Origin: Candidatus Nanoarchaeia archaeon
GTDB taxonomy: Archaea; Nanobdellota; Nanobdellia; SCGC-AAA011-G17; DATDVL01
Length of the DNA stretch: 64,000 bases
Assembly (NCBI GenBank): GCA_035289925.1
Contig: DATDVR010000005.1
Coordinates: 112,916-176,915 of the forward strand
Direction of reading: 5' to 3'
Below, one piece after another: positions 58,058 through 64,000 of the stretch (the stretch's first letter is position 1; each line of letters starts with the position of its first letter). A model generated the notes under the pieces. It was not told where the DNA came from. It ran no database searches and was given only the letters and a program-made list of their open reading frames with translations. Both the position numbers and the translations under genes were made by a program.

Positions 58058-58351
58058 ATGATAGGCGTACTAGAAGACATGAATCTGGATTTGTTTTTAA
58101 CAGATGATGAAATAATTCTGCTTGGTAGAAGAAGACTTGAATGGGATATTGTACAAATAGTAAATGGAAAAAGATGTCCCAGAGAAATTGGAATTGAATT
58201 AAAAGAATTTGCCAATAAAGATGTTTATACAACTCAGGATAGATTATTAGTATTCTGCGTTCCAACTACTAATTATAATCAACTAAATGAGGATAGAAAA
58301 ACCGTTGTAGAATATAAAGATGGGAATAAATTAAATTTAAATAGGAGATAA
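58058..58351 (+). CDS. hypothetical protein
   Basis: 97-aa ORF immediately upstream of ndk-like gene. Confidence 0.4.
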   Translation: MIGVLEDMNLDLFLTDDEIILLGRRRLEWDIVQIVNGKRCPREIGIELKEFANKDVYTTQDRLLVFCVPTTNYNQLNEDRKTVVEYKDGNKLNLNRR

Positions 58352-58352
58352 A

Positions 58353-58787
58353 ATGGAAAGCACATTGGTGATGATAAAGCCAGACCATTATGAATTTGCA
58401 GATGAGATTATTTTGCAATTAGATTTTAATGCAATAAGAAGCAAGATTGGAAGAGTTGATAGCATTCCAAGAGAAGTAATACAAGAACATTATTTGCCCC
58501 ATAAAGGAAAATCTTTCTATGATTATATGACAGAGTACTTTGTTGGCAAACCTACAGTTGTTGCTGTCTATATTGGAAACGATATTGTGGATAGAATGAG
58601 AAGAATGATAGGTGTTACAGACCCTTCAAAAGCTGGAGAAGAGACAATAAGAGGAAAATACAGCAATGACTCTTTGGAATTGGCAACTTTTGAAAGAAGG
58701 CCAGTAAAAAATGTCATACACGCCTCAGAATCTTTGGAAGAAGCCCTAAGAGAAATAAAAGTCTGGGAAAAATTCTTGAATCAGTAA
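58353..58787 (+). CDS. ndk: nucleoside diphosphate kinase-like protein (divergent)
   Basis: TLVMIKPD…TIRGKYS…NVIHASES…EIKVWE aligns with the NDK blocks (TFIMIKPDG / TIRGDF / NIIHGSDS / EIGLWF). Confidence 0.65.
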   Translation: MESTLVMIKPDHYEFADEIILQLDFNAIRSKIGRVDSIPREVIQEHYLPHKGKSFYDYMTEYFVGKPTVVAVYIGNDIVDRMRRMIGVTDPSKAGEETIRGKYSNDSLELATFERRPVKNVIHASESLEEALREIKVWEKFLNQ

Positions 58788-58818
58788 ATTTATAAGCAAT
58801 TAAAATAAAACTTCTAAC

Positions 58819-59382
58819 ATGCTAATAAGCCCGACAGAAATTGCACACATGATTATTGTAACTTTAGCCCTAGGCTTTATTTTTATGAGCTATTTGAAAA
58901 AGCCAAGAACAGAACTTGATGTTTTAGGATACACAAGATATGGCTTTGACTGGAACGACTTCAAATTAGCAGCCTTGATAACAGCCCCTGGAATAATTTT
59001 ACATGAACTGGCGCATAAATTCGTTGCAATGGGTTTTGGTTTAATAGCTACGTTCAAAGTATGGTGGTTTGGATTATTTTTAGGGGTATTTTTAAAAATT
59101 ATTAACAGCCCTTTCATTTTATTTGCTCCAGGATTTGTAGAGACTTCATCAAGGACAGCATTGCAAAGCTTCTTGATATCTTTTGCAGGACCTTTCATGA
59201 ATCTATTATTGTTTGGGATTGCTTGGTACTGCCTAGAATATGTAAAATTGAGCAAAAAGTGGGCCATAACACTGTATTTGACAAAGCAGATTAACTTATT
59301 TTTGTTTATATTCAATATGCTTCCAATACCGCCTTTAGATGGATACAAAGTATTTTCAAACTTGTTCAGCCTTATCTTCTAG
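58819..59382 (+). CDS. M50-like (site-2 protease family) intramembrane metalloprotease, short form
   Basis: HExxH within a TM helix (ILHELAHKFVAMGFG) and several TMs. Confidence 0.6.
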   Translation: MLISPTEIAHMIIVTLALGFIFMSYLKKPRTELDVLGYTRYGFDWNDFKLAALITAPGIILHELAHKFVAMGFGLIATFKVWWFGLFLGVFLKIINSPFILFAPGFVETSSRTALQSFLISFAGPFMNLLLFGIAWYCLEYVKLSKKWAITLYLTKQINLFLFIFNMLPIPPLDGYKVFSNLFSLIF

Positions 59383-60076
59383 ACTTTTTCTTCTTTTTAA
59401 AGAACCTTTTGAAGAAACCTTTTTGCTTTGGTTTTGACTTTGCTTTGACTTTTTGCTTTTTCTTTGGTTTATATTTCTTAGCAACCTTCCTAACCTTGAC
59501 TTTCTTTTCTTTTTTCTTTGGTTTAGCCTTTTTCTTTGGCATTTCTTCTTCAACGTCCATATCCACGAATTGATACTGCTGAACTTCCTGATCTAATTTA
59601 AGAATTTCACTCTGAAGCTGGGCCATTTTGGCCTGATTGTCTTCCTGCTTCAAGACTTCTCCGCACTCAGGACACTTAAATTGAAGCTCCATAGCATTCT
59701 CGAAAGCGGCACGCATGTCCTTATTTGGGCAAACAAAGTAGGCAGAGTCTTTTTCCTTGTCTACTCTTGACCTTAATGATACTAGTTTCTCTGACTTGTG
59801 CTTCAATAAAAGAATTCTAGCTTTTGCATGGTCAAATGTCCAAAAGTAAATGTACCAGCCTTTTGATTTGTCTTTTTTTCTTGTGAAAGTGACTAGATTG
59901 TAGTCCTGCAACCTGTAAAGAATATTTCTTACCTGGTTTACAGTTATCTTTAGCTTGTCTGCTATCTTGAATTCTGAAACATTGTCTTTCTTAAGAATTA
60001 TTTCGACTAATGGGGCAGCATCAGGACCTACTACCTCTCTAATTAGATCTTTAACAACTTGGTCAGGAAGCTTCAT
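59372..60076 (-). CDS. tfe: transcription factor E (TFIIE-alpha homologue) with Lys-rich tail
   Basis: N-terminal winged helix (…ADKLKITVNQVRNILYRLQDYNLV…) and zinc ribbon (FVCPN…CPECGEVL), then a basic tail. Confidence 0.8.
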   Translation of the reverse strand: MKLPDQVVKDLIREVVGPDAAPLVEIILKKDNVSEFKIADKLKITVNQVRNILYRLQDYNLVTFTRKKDKSKGWYIYFWTFDHAKARILLLKHKSEKLVSLRSRVDKEKDSAYFVCPNKDMRAAFENAMELQFKCPECGEVLKQEDNQAKMAQLQSEILKLDQEVQQYQFVDMDVEEEMPKKKAKPKKKEKKVKVRKVAKKYKPKKKQKVKAKSKPKQKGFFKRFFKKKKKSRR

Positions 60077-60172
60077 TTTTCAAGAATATGAAGTAGAGTA
60101 TTTTTAAACCTTTCTATGGAAAAGGCTTTGTGTATAAAGTGCTGAAATAGGGTGACTTTTTACACAGACTAA

Positions 60173-60532
60173 TCAATAACAGATTACTAATGCTGGATTT
60201 TGACTACATAAAGATATTTTAATTAAGTCATAAGCTATTTGATATTTCTTCAATCCCAAGAAGTCTATAGCTGATTGTTCTAAAAGATATGAAGCTATTT
60301 GTTTTTGTAAACTATTCCTTTCAGCCAAAAGGGTAGTTCTTTCAGCTTCTAATTTTAAATAACCAGTTCTTAAATCCATGTAGGATTGATTTAGCTTTGT
60401 ATATTCAACTTTTATATTTTGTAACTCATTTATTGTAGGTTGAAATTTACTAAGTCCATAATTGTATCCAATCAATCCCCCTACTATAATCATCACAACC
60501 GTAAATACAAAAGATTCATTCATTAAAATCAC
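60173..60532 (-). CDS. small membrane/coiled-coil protein
   Basis: N-terminal TM then coiled coil; 119 aa. Confidence 0.4.
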   Translation of the reverse strand: MILMNESFVFTVVMIIVGGLIGYNYGLSKFQPTINELQNIKVEYTKLNQSYMDLRTGYLKLEAERTTLLAERNSLQKQIASYLLEQSAIDFLGLKKYQIAYDLIKISLCSQNPALVICY

Positions 60533-60543
60533 CTCTTATTATT

Positions 60544-60924
60544 TTATAACTTCACTTCTCTGAACTCTGGCAGATTAGGAACTTCCTTAGAACTTGGCTG
60601 TGGGAAGTTAATCAATAAAGCGTCTTTTATTCCTAAGACTTCAATATATTTTCTCACTTGAGTCTCTTCCTTCAAGCTTAAAGTAGAGGATATTGCTTTA
60701 AGTTCAATTAATATTTTTCCTTTAGAATCATTCACTATTATGTCTGGTCTTCCTATCCCTACATTATATTTTTTGTAAAAGACAGGAACTATTTTTTGAG
60801 ATTCATAGGCTATTTTTTCAAGCCTTAAAGCAACCTCAAAAGCTTTCTGATATATTGCTTCTTCATGTCCACTTCCTAATTCATTAAAAATATCTTTTGC
60901 TATTTCTTTTAGTTTTGGTATCAT
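60544..60924 (-). CDS. GxxExxY-family protein (PD-(D/E)xK-like, R-M-associated)
   Basis: GSGHEEAIYQKAFEVAL…PDIIV…IELKA matches the GxxExxY family pattern; sits next to the R-M enzyme. Confidence 0.65.
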   Translation of the reverse strand: MIPKLKEIAKDIFNELGSGHEEAIYQKAFEVALRLEKIAYESQKIVPVFYKKYNVGIGRPDIIVNDSKGKILIELKAISSTLSLKEETQVRKYIEVLGIKDALLINFPQPSSKEVPNLPEFREVKL

Positions 60925-60952
60925 TTTGTTTGCTCCCTTGAGTTTTTTAAAT

Positions 60953-63355
60953 TTAATCCGTTATGCTCTTGACAAATTGTTCTGCATCTCTTGTAAGCTT
61001 ATTTATCTGTAAACTAAGTTTTACTTTTTTTATCTCAATCTTATTACATTCATTAATTATCCTCAATCTTGTTTTAGGGTCTGGGAATGGGATTTCAACA
61101 TCTCCTATAGTATCCGAGTTCAAGGTATAACCTTTCGTAGCTCTCTGTGCAAAAGGCACATAGTCGATAGTTGGCAAAATGTAATAAAGATATTTTAACA
61201 AAGCCTTGTCTTTTTTATTCAAAGGAACAAGATGGGATATTGCTTCGTTAGTATAAAGTTCTGTTCCAGCAAATGCAACTTTTCCAATAGTTAGCTTAAA
61301 ACTGAATAATAGACTTCCAGCTTGGAACTTTTTAACAGAAGAGTTTTCTATTCCTTCTTCAGTAATTTTTTCATCAGTATTCAAAATAAGCTTTCGATTC
61401 ATATCACTTATTTTTACCCAAAGATTATCGCCATCCCAATATGCTGGATTATTTCTTGCAGGAGTTCCACCGATACTAGGATATTCACATATTTGGCTTA
61501 GTAATTTAACTGGAACTTTATGTATTGCTTTCTTTTTATAACTGTTCATGGTCAATTTGTAATTATTATTCTTGATTTCATCAAAAGTCACGCTGAATGA
61601 ATTTTTGGAGTCCATTCTATCATTGCATAATTCTCTCAATAGAGGCAAATCGTTATCCTTTATAGAAGGTCTTCCTTTTCTACTCTGAGTTTTTTTAAAT
61701 CCGTCATTTATAACATCAAAAAACCAGACCTTCTTAGTTTGACTTCCTTTTTCAAATATGAGTATACTTGTTGGTTGTCCAGTATATGGCTTGAAGACGA
61801 AGGGGTCTAATTGGATAATTGCTTTTACATTACAAGTAGTTAAAAGAATTTTTCTTAAATCAACATATTCCTTGCTTTTGTCAAATAATAATCCATCGGG
61901 CACAACAACTCCCGCTCTACCCCCTGCAATCCCATCTTTTGGATTTTTAAGAGCATCAATAACATGTTTAAGAAATACAGGATTTGCATTTTTATTTTTA
62001 AAACCATACAGATGAGAATATTTTGTGCTTTGAGAAAATGGAAAATTTGTCATTACAACATCAAATTTATCTTTGATTGGATGTTCAAGTGAATCTACTT
62101 GATTGATATTTGTATGTCCATCTCCTATTATTATCATATTCATTTTAGCTATTTTTGCAGTGCCAGTTATTTCCCTACCCCATACAGTATCTTCTTCTAA
62201 AGTCTGCATATTTTCTTTAGTTTGCTTACATTTCTTTTTTATATGCCTAAAAGCTTCAATAAGGAAGCCTCCAGTTCCACAGCAGGGGTCATATACCTTT
62301 TCTTTGAACAGGGGGTCAATAAGTGCAGTTATTAATTTAACAATGTGCCTTGGTGTAAAATATTCACCTAAATCATTCCCAACACTTACGGAGTCTTTTA
62401 GAAAATACTCAAAAGCATCTCCTTTAATATCGGAATCTGCATTGATTAACTGTAATTGGGATAATTTATCAACAATTTTCTTTATATTATTAGGGTTTTT
62501 AATTTTTAACTCTGATTGAAAAACATCCCCACTATGATTATATTTATTTACAAGTCTTGGTAAAATTGTATCATTAATGTAATCTAAAATACCTTGTCCA
62601 TCTTTATTTTTAAAAGCATCCCAACAATATCTTTTTTCTAATCTTCTTGGTTCTCCACTATTTTCTCTATCATCTTCAATTTCACTAATTAATTTAAGGA
62701 AAAGTATATTGGAAAATTCAGTAAACCTTTCTATTCCTTCCCTCATGCCTTCTTCTCTTAGTAAGTTATTTGCTTCAGAAAATACTTTTATCAATTCTCT
62801 TTTTGTATAAGTTACCTTTTCTGGAGAAAATATTTCTGCCCCTTCCTTTTCAAATCTCAATAATGTTTTTTCATTAATTAAGTCTGTAATAAGGGAGCCA
62901 TCAATTTTAAGATTATACCCTGTTCTTATATCTCTCGCTTCAACGATGGCACCATCAACAGCAAATATTATTTTAATTCCTAAACAGATTGCATAATCTT
63001 TTGCCTGTTTTAATGCTTTTTCTAAACTTTGCCCTTGCCTTTTAGCTTCTATAATTGCTAATGGTTTAAATTCATCAGAAGTGTAAAGGACATAATCTGG
63101 AAATTTTCCTTTAGGAAATTTTTGTTTTATTTTTTTCCTCTCTTCTTCTGTTCTTGGTCTCTCTGTAAAAACATTACACTCTTTTCCAAATTCGTCAGTT
63201 TTCCAACCTAGGTTATTTAAAATTAAATCTATTTTCTTTCTGGTTGCACTCTCTAAAGGAGAAGTAAACTCTTTTTGCATAGAAATACCATGATTTATAC
63301 CTTTAAGAATTTTTCGTTCTTTTTTTACCACCAATGAATGAAAGGTTCTTTTCAT
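60953..63355 (-). CDS. single-chain Type IIG-like restriction-modification enzyme (HsdR_N-type nuclease + N6-adenine methyltransferase + TRD)
   Basis: N-terminal PD-(D/E)xK (PDYVLY…IIEAKRQG); methylase motif I DPCCGTGGFL and motif IV MTNFPFS; C-terminal HsdS-like target-recognition region. Confidence 0.7.
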   Translation of the reverse strand: MKRTFHSLVVKKERKILKGINHGISMQKEFTSPLESATRKKIDLILNNLGWKTDEFGKECNVFTERPRTEEERKKIKQKFPKGKFPDYVLYTSDEFKPLAIIEAKRQGQSLEKALKQAKDYAICLGIKIIFAVDGAIVEARDIRTGYNLKIDGSLITDLINEKTLLRFEKEGAEIFSPEKVTYTKRELIKVFSEANNLLREEGMREGIERFTEFSNILFLKLISEIEDDRENSGEPRRLEKRYCWDAFKNKDGQGILDYINDTILPRLVNKYNHSGDVFQSELKIKNPNNIKKIVDKLSQLQLINADSDIKGDAFEYFLKDSVSVGNDLGEYFTPRHIVKLITALIDPLFKEKVYDPCCGTGGFLIEAFRHIKKKCKQTKENMQTLEEDTVWGREITGTAKIAKMNMIIIGDGHTNINQVDSLEHPIKDKFDVVMTNFPFSQSTKYSHLYGFKNKNANPVFLKHVIDALKNPKDGIAGGRAGVVVPDGLLFDKSKEYVDLRKILLTTCNVKAIIQLDPFVFKPYTGQPTSILIFEKGSQTKKVWFFDVINDGFKKTQSRKGRPSIKDNDLPLLRELCNDRMDSKNSFSVTFDEIKNNNYKLTMNSYKKKAIHKVPVKLLSQICEYPSIGGTPARNNPAYWDGDNLWVKISDMNRKLILNTDEKITEEGIENSSVKKFQAGSLLFSFKLTIGKVAFAGTELYTNEAISHLVPLNKKDKALLKYLYYILPTIDYVPFAQRATKGYTLNSDTIGDVEIPFPDPKTRLRIINECNKIEIKKVKLSLQINKLTRDAEQFVKSITD

Positions 63356-64000
63356 TCTTTAACCTCTTTTTTGGCAGTAAATTCTCCTTTTATTCCTAGC
63401 TCATGGATTTCTTGTATAACCACACAAATATTGTGGCAAAGAACTTTAGCCAAAACTTCATTAATTTGGGCTGTTTCATCCTTGCTTCTTATTCCATCAC
63501 CGAACTTTGATTTAATCATATGAAAGCAAGTCTCTACATTAGAACGCTTGTGGTAATGTTGCATGAACTCTTCTTGTTTATAAATAAAATAATGAAACAT
63601 CTTTTTCCACATAAAAGAACCAGAGGCGTGTGTTTTAATTGTGACTGATTTTCTAAATGGAATAAAAGGAACTGCACCAACATCTTCAATTAAATTCATG
63701 TTGTTTCTAGAACTGTAAGCCTTGTCAGCACTTACTTCTTTTATGTTAAAATTCTTAGCTGTAGTATTAAGAAGTTCTGGCAAATATTTTGTGTCATGGC
63801 TGTAATCACTTCCTATCATTACATCAGTTATAATATTTGTCTTCACTCCACAAAATATGTGTGCTTTAATCCATTTACGCTTTACAGTATCTTTTTGATA
63901 TCTCGTGCTAAACCATCTTGCAAATCTTGAAGTAGAAAATCCAGAGCCATCAATAGCAAAGTCAGTTTCAACTGATTTCAAAGCCAGACTGCTTAGTTGA
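63352..64000 (-). mobile_element. IS5-family transposase gene, partial (N-terminus beyond window end)
   Basis: DDE region …SADKAYSS…HYHKRSNVETCFHMIKSKFG… is typical of IS5/IS4. The frame stays open upstream of the annotated Met to position 64000. Confidence 0.75.

Noticed and set aside
59356-59553. ORF 59356..59553 (-), Lys/Arg-rich
   Set aside because: It is an alternative frame of the Lys-rich C-terminal tail of TFE; a low-complexity artefact.
59372-59560. Possible tandem repeat or CRISPR-like periodicity in the AAG/CTT-rich stretch at the TFE 3' end
   Set aside because: It is simple-sequence Lys-codon repetition within a CDS with no spacer-repeat structure; no CRISPR arrays were found anywhere in the window.

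Overview
This is AT-rich archaeal chromosomal DNA with a DPANN/nanoarchaeon-like gene set. Recognisable genes: a large minus-strand type-IV-pilus/Tad-like locus (FlaI/TadA-family ATPase interrupted by a 518-aa LAGLIDADG intein, a split FlaJ/TadC platform and at least five class-III-signal-peptide pilins); ftsZ; ATP-dependent DNA ligase; ABCE1/RLI; deoxyhypusine synthase; TFE; L15e; ArgRS; a bacterial-type AspRS; ProRS; both GatDE and GatCAB amidotransferases; peptidases (M16, M17, M50); four tRNAs, two with canonical introns and one with an odd D-loop insertion; a ribonucleotide cluster (NrdR, B12-dependent class II RNR, corrinoid adenosyltransferase, thioredoxin and a dCTP-deaminase-like gene); and an accessory/defence end (GxxExxY protein, single-chain Type IIG-like R-M enzyme, partial IS5-family transposase). 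The standout is an unannotated diversity-generating retroelement (DGR) at 29.7-32.0 kb. It comprises a DGR-type reverse transcriptase (motif LGNLTSQ, YVDD) that is split by a frameshift in a C10 homopolymer, an 86-bp template repeat immediately upstream of the RT, and a matching variable repeat near the C-terminus of an FGE/C-type-lectin-like target protein. TR and VR differ at 17 positions, and every one is an adenine in the TR. A VapBC module sits next to it. No CRISPR array was seen.
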